A DNA stretch of 64,000 nucleotides. Origin: Amoebidium appalachense (Eukaryota > Protista > Ichthyosporea). The stretch covers positions 992,005-1,056,004 of the forward strand of contig CAVNZM010000016.1 of the NCBI GenBank assembly GCA_963693365.1, given 5' to 3'. Shown piece after piece: positions 1-14,933 of the stretch. The notes under the pieces are model-generated. The model worked only from the letters and a program-made list of their open reading frames with translations. It had not been told where the DNA came from and ran no database searches. The stretch's first letter is position 1. Every line of letters begins with the position of its first letter. The translations under genes and the position numbers were made by a program.

Positions 1-192
1 AGAGAGAGAGATAGGCACGCACACACACAAACACACGCAAACACACACACACGGGCGCGCCCAACACACAGAAATACACACAGAAATACAGTCTTAAGAC
101 ACACACACGCACACACACACATACACAAACACACACACACACACACAGTTCCAAGACACACGCACACGCACGCGCACGCGCGCACACACACA

Positions 193-303
<111 letters not shown>

Positions 304-474
304 AGAGAGAGAGAGAGAGAGAGAGAGGCACGCACACACGCACACACACAAATACACACAAACTCACACACACGGGCGTGCCCAACACACACAAACACAC
401 ACAGAAATACAGTCTTACGACACACACGCACACACACACGCACACACACAAACACACACACACACACAGTCTTA

Positions 475-589
<115 letters not shown>

Positions 590-634
590 CCACACACACG
601 CACGCACACACACACACACAACTCAAACCTACAG

Positions 635-984
635 GTCACTACTTCGGTGTCATCCGGTATTTTTTCCGCGCGGTCATAACGGTGACAGCGCCGATAACAA
701 ACAATGACAGCAACGAGCAACAGCTGTCCCAACATGTGGTTATTCCGATGGCTCGAGTGGATTGGTATGCGCGACCAGCCAGGCAGACGGCAGAAAGCCA
801 CCGCATAAGAGCCAGCGACGGGGTCGACACGAAGAGTGGCATGTATGTTGTAGCAAAATCCAACATATTAGGTGAGGACCATGTGATCCCCGCGGCGCGT
901 CTCACACGTCGGGCTGCCTTGATTGATGTTCCATGGGTGGGAAGACAGCACAAGCATGCATATGCAGTCTTCCTGCCCCGCTAG
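635..984 (+). CDS. Possible terminal exon of a CACTA/EnSpm- or Plavaka-like transposase (rest lies upstream of the window)
   Basis: (CA)n...ctacag acceptor at 633-634, then open frame (G)HYFGVIRYFFRAV...PMARVDWY...HVIPAARL...AVFLPR* to TAG 982-984. The 'yFG.I.yFF...A.V.Wy' pattern resembles C-terminal domains of tnp2-type transposases (recalled, not searched). Confidence 0.35.
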
Positions 985-1032
985 TTCTAGGTGCAGTGTG
1001 GGTGTAAATTCTCTTTCTCCCCCTCCCCCCCC

Positions 1033-1063
<31 letters not shown>

Positions 1064-1245
1064 ACACACACACACCAGCAGGTATCCCCATGGTTGCCTG
1101 AACCGCAAGCACACCACCCACAAGGTGGGCGGTGCACATTCACATCTGCACACGTTTCCTAACCCACACGTGCATGTGCACATCCGCAATCACACTGTCA
1201 CGGTAGAGTCTCAGACGTGCGCGGGTGCGCACCCACACACACACA

Positions 1246-1291
<46 letters not shown>

Positions 1292-1319
1292 AGGGGAAAA
1301 AAAAAAAAAAAAAAAAAAA

Positions 1320-1355
<36 letters not shown>

Positions 1356-2194
1356 CCCCGCCCTCGCCCAACACACACACAGTGTAGACATGCATTGCAT
1401 ACGGCTGTGCATACACACAAACACTGGCGCCCGGCTATGCACACAATCACGTACCATTAGCACATTTTCTGGCAGGGAAGGGTTATTTGTGGTGGGACCA
1501 GTGTCCTAATTGTCATTTTGAACTCTGTGCTTGGGTAGACCAAATATTTCTTTAGTTTCAAGTTTCTTTTGAATCTTTTTTTAGAACCCCCATTGCGTAC
1601 GTAGCACGCGGGCGGAGGGGGGAGTTCCTATTTGGGGGGGGGGGGGGGGGGGGGGGGGGTTGGGCATCATGTTTCCTTGCGGAGGATTTGGGAGGGGAAG
1701 GACAGGGTGTGTGTGTGGGGGGGGGTTAAAATGTAGAGGAATTCACAGGGATGTTTTGCCAAAAAATACACTATAGCTGCCGGAGGTAGATCTTATTTGA
1801 GTTCTCAGTGTGGGCCTGGGTCACACTCGGCTATTAATAGCTCTTGATTCCAATTATGTCTGATTAATTAGCAAAAGACATTGCTGTTAGCCGTGCTTTG
1901 TTGCTGCCGGCAGATGTGCTTTTCAGCACAAGTTTTATACTATTTCAATAAATTATGGCCGCAAATGCAAAGTCATTATGACCTCGGCCATTGAACATGT
2001 GCACATTTGGTTCACAAACGCCACTTCATGACACATGAAAAATGTTAGAAAGTCAGTCATCGACAAAACATATACAGGTCTAGGGGACCGGGGATATTGA
2101 TAATTATAATTATTGCAGGAAATGATACAAATCGATCATAAAGCAAGTGCTATTATTTTGCCTGTAAAATTTGTGTGTGGGAGTGTGGGTGCAC

Positions 2195-2240
<46 letters not shown>

Positions 2241-3006
2241 CGGGGGGGGGGGGGGGGGGGGGGGGGGAAGTAATGCTGCTAGTGCTACCATCAATTACTC
2301 CATTAATGGTGGAAGTGACACCGTTGCTTTCACATGACATGGGTTGCCTACACCCTGAGTCCAACCAACGGCATTGCACTCACCATTACTGTCATCATTG
2401 GACACACCCCAACGGTAAAGCAACGGCGCCAGTAAGGCTGCAAGCAACGGGAAACGTACTAGCAACGCTGTAAGCAACGGTATCGCTTACACCATCATGT
2501 ATACCTGTGATTCCAGACTTGTAAACGTTACGACTAGCTGTAGCACCCGCTTTCTTGTCTCTATACTTACGTGCTTCTCCTAGCCTGCATATGTTAACTA
2601 GGGCATAGTATTAGTGTATACACACCAGGCCTGGTTTTCAGTGTGTATGCAAGGCACTTTAACGAATTTTTTGAGGCAAATATACATTTACTAAGTAAAA
2701 TTGTATAACGTTATGCAGGTTTGAGCATAACGTTATGCACGTTTCAAAGAGTTGAAAATGTAATAACTTGGGAACCGTTCAACCAAAATGCACCAAGTTT
2801 TCACAGTTAGTGTGGGAGGGTGGGAGGGAGGACCGTGGGAGGGGAGGGATGAGGGAGATTCAGAAGGGAGAGATTGGGGGGAGGGGGGGAGGGGTTGAAC
2901 GGTGTGTGGGGGGGGGGGTGCGGGGGGGAGGGGGGAGGTGGGGAAGGGGGGAGGGTTGTGTGACTGTGTGTGTGTGTGTGTGTGTACATGTGTTTGTGTG
3001 TGTACA

Positions 3007-3050
<44 letters not shown>

Positions 3051-3316
3051 GTGGGGACTGGGTGGAGAGTGGGGGGGTTGGGGGTGTGGTGGGGGGTCCC
3101 GGAGTTGGGCGTGTGTGTGCGTACGAGCACGCATGCGTGTACGCCGCGTGTGTGTTGTGTATGAGGCACAGTGTGAGTGTACGTGTGTGTGTGTGTGTGT
3201 TGATTATGCCTGAACCCGACAAGCAGTCTATACCAAGTATCTGATACTACTGAGTACTATGTCAGACATGCACAATAAACCCGGTGTGAACGGCAAAACG
3301 GCAAAACCCGGGAGAG

Positions 3317-3350
<34 letters not shown>

Positions 3351-3557
3351 TGGGCCCAACTACTGGGACACCTACACCATCACCGCTCGGCAAACACACA
3401 CACACATATGCACAACGCACCACGCGCACACACACACACACACACACACTCACACGCACACACACACAGAGAGAGAGAGACACACAGAGACACACACACA
3501 CGAACACAACACACACACACACACACACAGAGAGAGAGAGACACACCCACCACCCAA

Positions 3558-3634
<77 letters not shown>

Positions 3635-4366
3635 ACCACCACCACCACCACCACCACCACCATCACCCCCCCCCCCCCCCCCCCCCCACCCTCAACAGTC
3701 ACCCATCCACCCACAACCTCTACTCATCCCAAAAATGCTGAAGGGTGCAAGCAAAGGTGTATGCCCGAGTTTATGGGGGACTGAGATCGGGAAGGGAGGT
3801 GGAGGGGTAGGGCCGGGGGGAGGGCATAGGGGGGAGGGGGGGGGAAGGGAGGCACTGCCAGGGAGATAGAGATACCGAGAGATAGAGAGAGAATGGGGGG
3901 AAGGGGGGAGGGAGGGTTTCAAACCCAATATTTGCGGGGTCACAGACACGTTCAACTGCTGTGTTCCATTCAAAACATTCGGCTCCCGAGACCACATCTT
4001 CCATATCGGGGTGCCAAAGATATGTCGTGTGTTCGTAGGCGATGAGTCTATCTCCACCTTTATTGTCGTTAAAGGAATATGCTGAAATTGAAGTGGTGGT
4101 AAATGTTGTGTTTGTGCCATTTGTGCGAATCAGAACCACCGTTTGCGACCGGGTGTGAGCGTGTTGTTTGATTAATTATTTCCATGTCCTCATGGATTCA
4201 ATATTCCTACTTTTTTAATTGTTTTATAAAGACTTATTTTTTGGCGCGCAAAAACTTCCCGCCCAAATTTCTATATTTGGCTAATCGTGCGATCGCGTGA
4301 AAATAATTGGTAAATACATATTTTTTCGATTTTGTCCTACTTTTTTTATTGTTTTATAGAAACCTA

Positions 4367-4589
4367 CAGTGTGGACTGGATATGGGCACCACTGGAAAAG
4401 GGCACATCTGGATATGGGCACCGTTGGCAGCCAACCCGGCCCGATCTATTCGGGCCGGGTTGAGACTAAGTAATCCCCCTAGCTCTATAATTAAATTGGC
4501 CCCCCTAGAGGTCTGGATATCGGCACATATGGATATGGGCACCCCGAAAAGTGCCCGCCCGACCCGGTGCCGATATCCAGTCCGCACTG
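4367..4589. mobile_element. Tc1/mariner-pogo-type MITE (223 bp, TA TSD)
   Basis: TA|CAGTGTGGACTGGATATGGGCACC ... GGTGCCGATATCCAGTCCGCACTG|TA: 24-bp TIRs with 2 mismatches. Internal repeats of GGATAT(G/C)GGCAC and an internal hairpin CAACCCGGCCCGA-tctat-TCGGGCCGGGTTG. Confidence 0.85.
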
Positions 4590-4732
4590 TATCGGACATT
4601 TCCGGCTAATTGGAAAGGAAGGTAAAACTGCTGGAAAATATTAATTGGAGCAAATCTTTCGAGCCAACCTTCTTTGCCATACAATTGTATCCAATATGTC
4701 ACTTTTCACCACCATGGATCTTCATCATGAAC

Positions 4733-4799
<67 letters not shown>

Positions 4800-5885
4800 G
4801 CCCCCCAACCTTTCGCCGCCTCTCCCCTCTCCCTTTTTAACTTGGCAATCGACGAGTTGGGTGACCGTCAGGAGTTCACAGTCCCGAGGGAAGCACATGC
4901 CAGGGTGCTTCACAACGACGGTCGGGGCATTTCAACGACGATTCCTCTATGCGGAAATCTTTTTTGAAAAGTAAAGAACATTGCCCTGTATGGTCAGAGC
5001 CAATCACAGTGTCCGGTAGCGGTTGTGACATCTACGTAATTAGTATGTTCACTTATATATACTGAGGTCATGCTGGTATATTACACCACATAATGTTTGA
5101 TCATCTGAATATATTCCTACTTTTTTGGTTGTGTTGGGATTGCCAGAATGCCTGCTTTGATCAAACTAAAATTTTCTATTTGCCTTTATGCACCAACACC
5201 ATTTCTAGTCATATGTGAAAGGCCTAGGATTGGACCCACATGCATGCTGCTTGAAATTTCCAACATTTGGCCGTTTTTCGAATATTTACCCGGGGGGGGA
5301 GGGGAGGGGGGAGGCCTACACGTGTCCACTATTAACCAGCACAAGGCAGGCGAATGGTGGTCACGATATTTCTTCAGCTGCAATTTGGACCATATTTAGT
5401 GACGTATACACCAGAGCATTTCTCAGGAATTTCTTTAATTTTTCGTATCTGGGGCATACGCAAGTCGGACACGTGCATACGCGACAGAACACTGTTGGTT
5501 CTGAAACCCGAAGGCCTTATTCCCTCGTGTCTATGTACAGATTACATACAAACGCCGCGAGTAATCACAGTATAAAGTTTATATCGTTATTTCATATTGG
5601 AGTAGTAATTTTATTCATGTTTCCCCCACCATTTTGGGCTCCAACATAGTGTAATAAATAGTAACATTTAGCACACCCTGCAGCCTGATCATCCCCATGC
5701 GTTGATTTCCCCACCCAGAGCCACACGCCACGACACAAAGAAGATAAGTACGATATCTGTGCTAATGATACATAATGTTAGAATATATAGCTATATATAG
5801 CTAAAAGCGCACGATTTGTTACTTTTGTCTGTCGGGTCTCATGATCGGCGCTGCACTCGCGAATAACTAGCTGGTGTTATCTGGG

Positions 5886-5927
<42 letters not shown>

Positions 5928-6514
5928 CGTGTATGTATGTGTGTGAAATTTGCCGTGTGCATGTGCCATGGTTCACGGGTGCATGTGTCCTTAGCCACCA
6001 TCGCCAATGCCGTGCTTTCATCCATTATTGAATATCTACCACCTCAGCTTCCGGCCTAGACTCCGATTTGCTGTGTTTCTTTAACAATGTGGCACGACTG
6101 TGGGGAAAAAAATGAAAGATCAGCCACGGTAACCATGGCATTACAGATACCAAATAGGCAACATGTATGTTGGATGGAATGTGTGTTACCAAGAGGGGGA
6201 AGGGGGGGGGGGGGGGGGGGGGAGGGCCCACGGGGGGGGGGGGGGGGGGGGGGGCAGGGAGGAGGGGAGGAGAGAATAAATCTAAATAAGAACTAGGGGC
6301 ATAAACTTCACCTTCACCTAAAGCAACTCAGATATGGTCCTAACAGCTCCACACACAGTAAGACAGCTACGGCTTATCCCCAATCAAATAAGGTCACATA
6401 CATGAACTATGGTGTCAGAAGGATTGAGAGACTGTTGTCTTTCCAAGGTATCGTTCTGTACGCTCCCCTTCCCCTTTCTACCTCACCGAGGTTCACCCTC
6501 ACCCCTACCCTTAC

Positions 6515-6568
<54 letters not shown>

Positions 6569-6575
6569 TACACAT

Positions 6576-6722
<147 letters not shown>

Positions 6723-6729
6723 TACACAT

Positions 6730-6786
<57 letters not shown>

Positions 6787-6836
6787 TACACATGTACCCA
6801 CACACACACACACACACACAAGCACCCCCCCAACCA

Positions 6837-6905
<69 letters not shown>

Positions 6906-7428
6906 TACACATGTACCCACACACACACACACACACACAAGCACCCCCCCAACCACCACACACACACTAATACAGAGGGCACTTTTGCACCACCAACTAC
7001 TAAAATCAGGAGGAGGAAAAAAACAAAAAAAAATTTGGTCTGCATCTTCCTCTGACTCTCCCCCCCCCCCCCCCCCCCCCCCCCCTCCCTTCCTGCACCC
7101 ACCCACCCAACCCCGGCCATATTACTTTGAGTTCACCTTTGAAAATGGAAACCAGTCACTTTCTACACGCCCTCACTGATCCCTCCCACGTCCTGCCCTC
7201 CCACCATTCTTTCTATCTGCAAAAGTGTGCCTGTGCATGTGCCTGCCAATACGTGTGTGTTTGTCTCTGTGTTTGTGGTGTCCGTGTACGCGCAATTTGG
7301 GGGGAAATGTTTTTTTTTTGGAATGTGTTACAGAGTAAGAAGTGCACACCGTTTTCACCACGGCCAACACATACAGAGCACACCAAACTTTGTATGTATC
7401 CCAAATTGGAGCGGGCGGGTGTGTGTGT

Positions 7429-7474
<46 letters not shown>

Positions 7475-7759
7475 TGATGTATGCATGCACGGCTACGGGG
7501 GTGGCAACTATGGGAGTTCAGACAACCCCCCCCCCCCCCCCCCGGGGGGGCAAAAAAAAAAAAAAAAAAAAAAAAAGAAGACGAAGAAGAAGAAGAAGAA
7601 AAAAGAAAAACACAACAAGAAGAATTTGAAACTGGTGACAGGCAGAAGATACTAGAAGGGAAAGGGGCAGGCCACACGAAGAAAGGAAGCGAAGGAGGGG
7701 GGGACGGAGGGAAAGAAGGGGGGGGGAGGGGGGGGGGGGGGAGAAGGGTGATAACTAAC

Positions 7760-8300
7760 CTCCAACCAGTGATTGGCTTAGTCCACCTATTGCTGCTTGC
7801 CTCCGACGAATCAGAAGTGGTGGTATTTGTGCTCACGGGATCGCTAGATGATGTATTCTCACTACGTCGTGCACGTCCCAACAAAACACTGTATATAATG
7901 GCGTTGAAGAACCCCGCCGAACTCAATAGAAACATCACAACAACTGTGCTCCAATAAGGAACAGTTGAATAGATTGAGAAGAATGTGTACACCACGCACG
8001 GCGTCCACTCAATGATGTAGATTAAAATAAAAAAGTTCATGTGAGTGGCCAGTTTTCTTAAATGGTTTACTGCAGGGTCGACTTGGGATACATGAATTCG
8101 TGTTTCTCCGTTCGTATTGGTTGCGGCGAGTCGTGATGTCGCTTGAGCAACCAAATTTCCGCTATTTGTTCTTGAAATTTTGGAATCTTTCCTATGGGTA
8201 GGGGGGTCTGTCTGTGCGGCGGAGGGGGTTTCTTCATTGTCTTCGATACTTGCAAGGGGGGCGACGCTGGTGCTTGTGGTGCCTTCTTGCTGTGACTGTG

Positions 8301-8396
<96 letters not shown>

Positions 8397-9139
8397 GACA
8401 GTGTGTGTGTACACCCATGTGTGTGTGTGTGTGTGTGTGTGTTGAGGGGAGATGGGGGGGGGGGGGGGGGGGGGGGGGGGATGGGGAAGGATATATGTCT
8501 GTGAGTTCCGAGGGCACAAAATACAGCCAAAAAAGATAAAAAATAAAAAGAGAAGTAAAGCACATAACAAGACAAAAACACAACCCAACCCGGATCTGCA
8601 ACACCAGTCGAAATGACAGGTAGGGAGGGCAAGGCGAAGAAAGCCCCAAGGGGGCCGGGGGGGGGGGGGGGGGGGGGGGAGTGTGCGTGATATGGGGTTG
8701 CATACATGGAAGTAACGACTTCTATTTGTGCTGGTAGAGAGGGTGGGGGGAGGGGGGGTTGAATGCGGAACACAGTACGAAGTACGCATACACGATGAGA
8801 AGCATGGTGCAGGACACATGCAAAGGCAAACATTCAAGTATGCAACATCAGCCATGCGCACAGTATGGGTCATAAGCAGAGCCCATCGTCAGGGGGGGGA
8901 GAAGGGGGGGGAAAGGGGAGGGAGGGGGTGGGGGGGGGGGGGGGGGGGGGGAGAGGGGGGGGAGGGGAGGGGGGGATGGGGATATCACGGAGGAGGAGAC
9001 AAAAAAATAAAAGAAAAACAGTCACAAAAACTCAAAAACTAGATTTTTTTTTTTTTTTTTTTTTTTTGGTTGGTTGGTTGGTTGGGGGGGGGGGGGGGGG
9101 GGGGGGGGGCAGGCAGAATACTCGAACAGAGCCCACCAT

Positions 9140-9184
<45 letters not shown>

Positions 9185-9202
9185 TGTGTGTTGCGGTGGT
9201 GT

Positions 9203-9243
<41 letters not shown>

Positions 9244-10113
9244 GGAGGGGGGGGGGGGGGGGGAGGGGAAAGGGGCAGTGGGGAGGAACATTATACCTGT
9301 GAAATAGCCGTAACAGCCACAACATCCGCACTCGCACCCGCCGCCTTCGAACGCGTGGAAGGGGCACGATTCAACGCAAACGACCGACTACTAGAACGAA
9401 AACCAATACTCCTCCAAAGGACAATTTGGCACCACGAATAGCAGAAAACACTCACAATCACCGCAACGAAAATCATTCCCATTTTGTACCATGAACCCCA
9501 CCACGTTCCAATAACAACACGACGAACCGTGCACCACGGCCCCACACCCCCATAGCCCCCCGTCCCTACATTTATGATGAATGTGCACATGACGAACGGG
9601 ACAACCCAGCCCAAAACGTGAAGTTTCCAGTTATATCTCCCGGTATCCGGCCGCCTATTTCTGACTATCACCAACCAGAGATAGACCGCTGTGATAGCCG
9701 TCCACCAACCGACGCAATTCAACCCCCACACGAAGAAAAACCCTTCAATTTGGCACGTCGTCGAAAATGTAACCACCCGTCCCACCACCAGAGAGCGAAT
9801 ATGTGTGATTAGCGCTGGAATTGCGATAAGTATATCTGCCATGGAAATAAATGCCGGGAAATACTGCATGGTGCTCATTTTGAGTCTTTGGCGTCTGTAT
9901 AGGCGCCATGTTTCGGTGATAATGTAGATAGACCCGGCCAGACTGAGAACTAACGCGGTGATAGTTATCCCCTGTATGAGATATACGTGGTTAGATATAA
10001 GTGAAATTATAAGATACATTCTCACATCTACTTTGCTCAACATATTATGGACACAGGGACACACACGAAAGACTATCCTCATTAGTTTACCAAACAAACC
10101 ATTTTTTGAACAG

Positions 10114-10166
<53 letters not shown>

Positions 10167-10703
10167 CCTCCCTCCCCAAGCCCTCTACTCCCGATCGTCC
10201 TCTGCTCTTTTTCTGTAAAGCACGGTATGTCGTACACTTTTCGCTCTGCACGTCCCATGCACTCATGCAAGAACCTGTTTTTATGTTATGTCCTGTGACT
10301 GCTCTTTGAAAATGTAAATTGAAGTTTCCTTTGCTTTGCTTCAACCTCAGTTTGATTAGCGGCAAACAAGTTGGCAAAAGCATGTTCAGGCGGAAAGCAA
10401 CCTTAAGCAATTCGTTATCAAACACAAGGTGTGCAAGGCTGTTGTGTGTGTTGAGATAATAGGCGGGTGCCTAAAACCACAGTCCCAGGTATAACTAGCA
10501 GCTCATACAATGCTTCAAAAACGAGCACTCACACAAGTCCTTTCCTTACACGTAAGCATGCACACACACACACACACACACGCACACACACACCTTGTAA
10601 AAGCACACACGAAAACGAGTTCGCAACACGCACACACACATACACACAAGAATCAGCGCCATGGCTGCGCCATTGCTTCTCAGAACACCTTTGCGCCCAA
10701 GGC

Positions 10704-10744
<41 letters not shown>

Positions 10745-11023
10745 ACGCGTATTCCTCCACGTATTTGTGTAAACTTGCACTTGCAACTGTTTATGCAAGT
10801 GTGGCTGTGCGTGCGTATCCGTGCCCGTGTGTGTGCATGTGTATTCGTGCCCGTGTGTGTGCCGATGATTCGTGCACGTGTTGGTGTGCGCTTGCACGTG
10901 TGACTGTGTGTGTACGTGCGTCTTTACCTTCATAAGCTCCCACTCGCTCTGTGTCATTCCCCCGTACAGTAGGCCGAGCGGTAGCGGGGCCGGGGGAGCA
11001 ACGGTGGTGTTATTCGTCGACAT
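7760..11023 (-). CDS. cAMP-receptor-like (Dicty_CAR/GCR1/Git3-type) 7TM GPCR; exons 11023-10928, 9971-9297, 8289-7760, final exon not located
   Basis: GT-AG phase-0 junctions give a continuous frame. Seven hydrophobic helices; CQIEGFF...WWTAITA (TM3), HVLGWVVP (TM4), GYGGVGPWC (ECL2), FFILIYIIEWTP (TM6), SSAGFFNAIIY (TM7). Confidence 0.85.
8759..8893. repeat. Dispersed intronic repeat family, copy 1
   Basis: Near-identical to 27752-27886; reverse-complement copy at about 39422-39509; diverged copies at 23539-23604 and about 30583-30673. Confidence 0.85.
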
Positions 11024-11893
11024 GATGTTGGCTATTGTTAGGTTTACTCCACTGGATTTGAGGTGGCTGAAGACACAAATAGCGTAAGAATAGAAATGTG
11101 TGTTCAACTTCAAGATGCAAAAACATAGTAAACTTTGAGTAGATTCACGAATTCCGAGTGCTAGAGCTGGTTGGAAGCTGCCATGGTTGGTCAATCTGAG
11201 GATATGGTTGAACCAGATTTTTCATGGGGAAAAAAGAAAAAACCAGCCCTTGCACCCTTGCATCAGGGGAAGAAATAGCTGCATGTGTTTACTCTTTCTG
11301 TGTGCCACTTTGATCGACTGGGGTAACGTATAAAGTAGGCTAAACACTTTAACCTAGATGCTTCTACAGCGCTTAGATCCTTATCATGCGCGCAGTTTGA
11401 AAAAATTCTCTCAGTATAACAACTAATCCTTCTGGTGTCTTTTGGCTGGAGTGTTTGCATGCACGTAGAATGTGCCACTATTATTGCAAGTCCTTGGGCA
11501 GTGGATGTGAGGTCGATGTGATGTTTTGCAAGTTTGAAGAAGTCTTACATAGGGCAACGCTACCCAAGTAAACAAGTATATTTGTTCACTTGGATTACAA
11601 AAGAAATGCAAGGGAGATTTGAATGAACCGTGGGGTCTTCAACTTCGAAGAAAGCCTTTTTTTGTCTTTATATCAAGTTGTTATCTTTTGTCTTTCTTTG
11701 CCAAGGCTTGACTTAGCCTGACAGGCTGCATGTGCAGGGTATAAAATGTAATTATGCAAATTTGTTTTATCTTATCTAGATCTTACTGAATTTCTTAAGA
11801 GATATGAAAAAATGAAAAAGACGAGATAGAAGTTCCAGAGTCATCTGAAGCAAGATATTATGAAGCACACAATGCAACAAAAGTCATGATGTA

Positions 11894-12004
11894 AATCATA
11901 AAGAAGGATTTATCTAAAGCAAATAACAAGCCTGAACTATGTTAAATAAGCATAATCATAAAGAAGGATTTATCTAAAGCAAATAACAAGCCTGAACTAT
12001 GTTA
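11894..12004. repeat. Perfect 51-bp direct duplication with 60-bp period in an AT-rich tract
   Basis: aatcataaagaaggatttatctaaagcaaataacaagcctgaactatgtta at 11894 and 11954. Confidence 0.9.
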
Positions 12005-13520
12005 GATATACATATACCTCTAACGGAAACCTGCTCATAAACATGTTACAGGAAGATGATGCAATTATCAGCTTTTGAGATAGTCGTGGATAAGTTATCA
12101 GTTTGATGATTGGTTGATTCTGTAACCAGGTATTTATGGTATGCATGGAATGTGTGTGTATCCTCGTGGTAGCTAACAGTGGGATGTACTGTGGCGTCAC
12201 TCCACGTGCCGTGTGCTTGGGCTTTTTTCCAGCTGGCCCCTGGCGTGGGCAACGGTAGCCTGTCTGTGTGGGATACCCAGTAGGTGATCCGTCCCCGTCG
12301 CGAAGTAGCAGGCACCCCAAAGAGGCGGGGTTGTGGCTTGCGGCAAGTGTCCCATGGTGATAGACCCAGGAGTGTAGCCTCCCCCTTTGTGGGCCCCAAC
12401 CCCCGTCGCTAAGCAACATGCACCCCTATTGCATAGAAATGTCCTTTCGGAAGCGAAACTGGCAGTGTGGTTTTGCCTGTCAATTTAGCTAAGTAGTATT
12501 ACATAACACTGAGCCAACTAAGTGTTTTGTTACTTCTCTAGTATCAGACTCCCAAGGTTGGCCCTTCCCTCAAAGGCTTATGCCGTCCACCCACCAAGTG
12601 AAGCCCGGGCAATGCTTGCGCATGGCACGTACAAGTTTTGCACGTGCTCATGCGAGCGGGCCGGCCGCGCTCATTCAGTTCTGCCAGGTGGGGCACGGTG
12701 CTGTCACTGCTGTGGCCAGAGTCTCAGTCGACGTCTTCATCGCTCCTTGCAAATCTTTTTCGTTGCTGACTCAAACAAATGTACTTTACTTTATGGATAC
12801 CCCTCAAGTTGCAATTGCCGTCTAGCCTTCTTCCTTATCCGGACACAAAGTTTCAACATGATTTTTTTGTCCAAAACTGTCTTATTGAACGAAGGAGATT
12901 CTGAGCCCGAAGTTGCTGGGCTTCAGGACAAAATGACACCATGGCATCATCCGTAAGTGTGCCGTGCCACGATTGTGCCAGCAGCGAGCGTCGTGGCTCA
13001 CCGCGGGAAGGCTTGGCCATTGTGTGTATGTGGGTGCGAGCACACTGTGTGCCCATGCGTGTATATGTGTGCGTGTGCGTGTGTCACGGTGCGTGCGGTT
13101 GACTCGGTGTGTGTCTATGTATGTACATGACATCATGGCGTGTGTGCGTGTGTGTGTGTGCGCGCGCGTGTATGTATCGGGGTCTCACTGAAGTCAAGAG
13201 ACGTGTCTAGTGACTATCCCAGATCTACGACAAGCTTTAGAGCGCCACCGGCCCACGCACACATTCATTGTATCGTTGAAAACACGCATACACACACACA
13301 CACACACACACATCCTGCACACACACACACGCTCTTTCTACCCCCTCCACCTCCCTCCCTATTGTGTCATATGAATCTCCCTATTCCGAGGGCTTAACAA
13401 CTCATCCCCCTCCGGCCTCAGGCCCTCTCTCTCTGCCCCGCCGTAAGCGCTTACTCTTGTTTACTCTCCCTCCCTCTCTTCGTCCTCTCCCTCCTTCTTT
13501 CGCTCTCCCACCCCTTTCCT

Positions 13521-13555
<35 letters not shown>

Positions 13556-13719
13556 CCCCGGGGACGCCGCACTGGTTGAACTTCCCCCTTGAACTCGCCT
13601 CCTCCCTTTCCGCCTCCTCCCCTTTCCCCTCCTTCCAGGGACTACCCCTCTCCCTCCCCCCTTCCCAACCTCAAGCTCCTTCCCGACCTCTCTCCCTCGA
13701 GCCTAGCCCCCCCCCCCCC

Positions 13720-13828
13720 CCCCTCCCACTCCCCCCCGCTCCCCCCACCTGTCCTTCAACTCCCCTTTCCCCCTCCCCATCCGAGCCTCCACCTCTCTTT
13801 CTCTCACTCCCTCCCTCTCTCTCCCTCC

Positions 13829-13862
<34 letters not shown>

Positions 13863-14164
13863 CGAGGCTCTCCCCCCCCCCCCCTCCCCCCCCCTCTCTC
13901 TCTCCGGATCCCTCAGTCTCACCCACAGCACTCCCTACCTCCCCCCCCCCCTCCCTCCCCCTCCCACTCCCCCCCGCTTCCCCCACCTGTCCTTCAACTC
14001 CCCTTTCCCCCTCCCCATCCGAGCCTCCACCTCTCTTTCTCTCACTCCCTCCCTCCCTCCCTCTCTCTCTCTCTCTCGCTCTCACTCCCCGAGGCTCCCC
14101 CCCCCCCCCCCCCCCCCCCTCTCTTTCTCCGGATCCCTCAGTCTCACCCACAGCACTCCCTACC

Positions 14165-14170
<6 letters not shown>
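13720..14170. repeat. About 240-bp tandem duplication of a pyrimidine-rich unit
   Basis: ccacctgtccttcaactcccc...ccgagcctccacctc...ccggatccctcagtctcacccacagcactccctacctc occurs twice. Confidence 0.8.
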
Positions 14171-14207
<37 letters not shown>

Positions 14208-14933
14208 TTTCTCTCTCTCTCACCACCCCCTCCGTCCCCGACGACGTTAACCCTTGTGTGCCTGTGCCACGTTTGTATACCTTGTGTGTGCGTATGCATG
14301 TGTGTCAAAGTGTTCGCGCTGAAACACAGGTACACACGCATGTATTTACGTGTGTGTGCGTACGTACACCTTTATGTCTGCCAACTGCAGTGTGCGTGTG
14401 TGCATGTAACTCAATTTTTTTTGGCTCATCGGGGGGGGGGGGGGGGGGAGGGGGGGGGAGGGGGGGAAGGGAAGGGTGGGAAAGAGGGGGGAGAAGGGGC
14501 CGACGGGGGTCTGCAAATATACGACTGGGCCTGTATATTTATGTTACGCACTGGGCTTTGAGCTTACTCGGTGATGAACAACACCACCATCACCATTTAC
14601 AGATTCTAATATAGTTGTCCTTGTGGGATCGGTATATACACTGCACAACTGGCCTATGATAACCAATTCATTGGTAACAGGGAGAAAACATTTACGTATA
14701 AAGTGACAAACTAATCGAAAAACCTGTGCAACACACCACACTTCGTGTGCACATAAGTGTCAGAAAAACCAAAGCCGGATAAAGTTCACGTAGAAGTATT
14801 AATGCATCATCACAACCCACCCTACATTCACCGTATTTCATCAACTGAAAAACTCAGATGATCTGTTCTCAAAGTATACTAACTACCTAGCAATAACAAC
14901 AAAAACATCTACGTCTCACGTTCCTTTCAGCTC

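Noticed and set aside
3925-4140. Coding-looking minus-strand segment (...YEHTTYLWHPDMEDVVSGAECFEW...)
   Set aside because: No recognisable family, ambiguous frame and no clear acceptor; might still be an exon.
11750-12060. AT-rich stretch as a decayed viral ORF
   Set aside because: Short frames with several stops and no recognisable motif.
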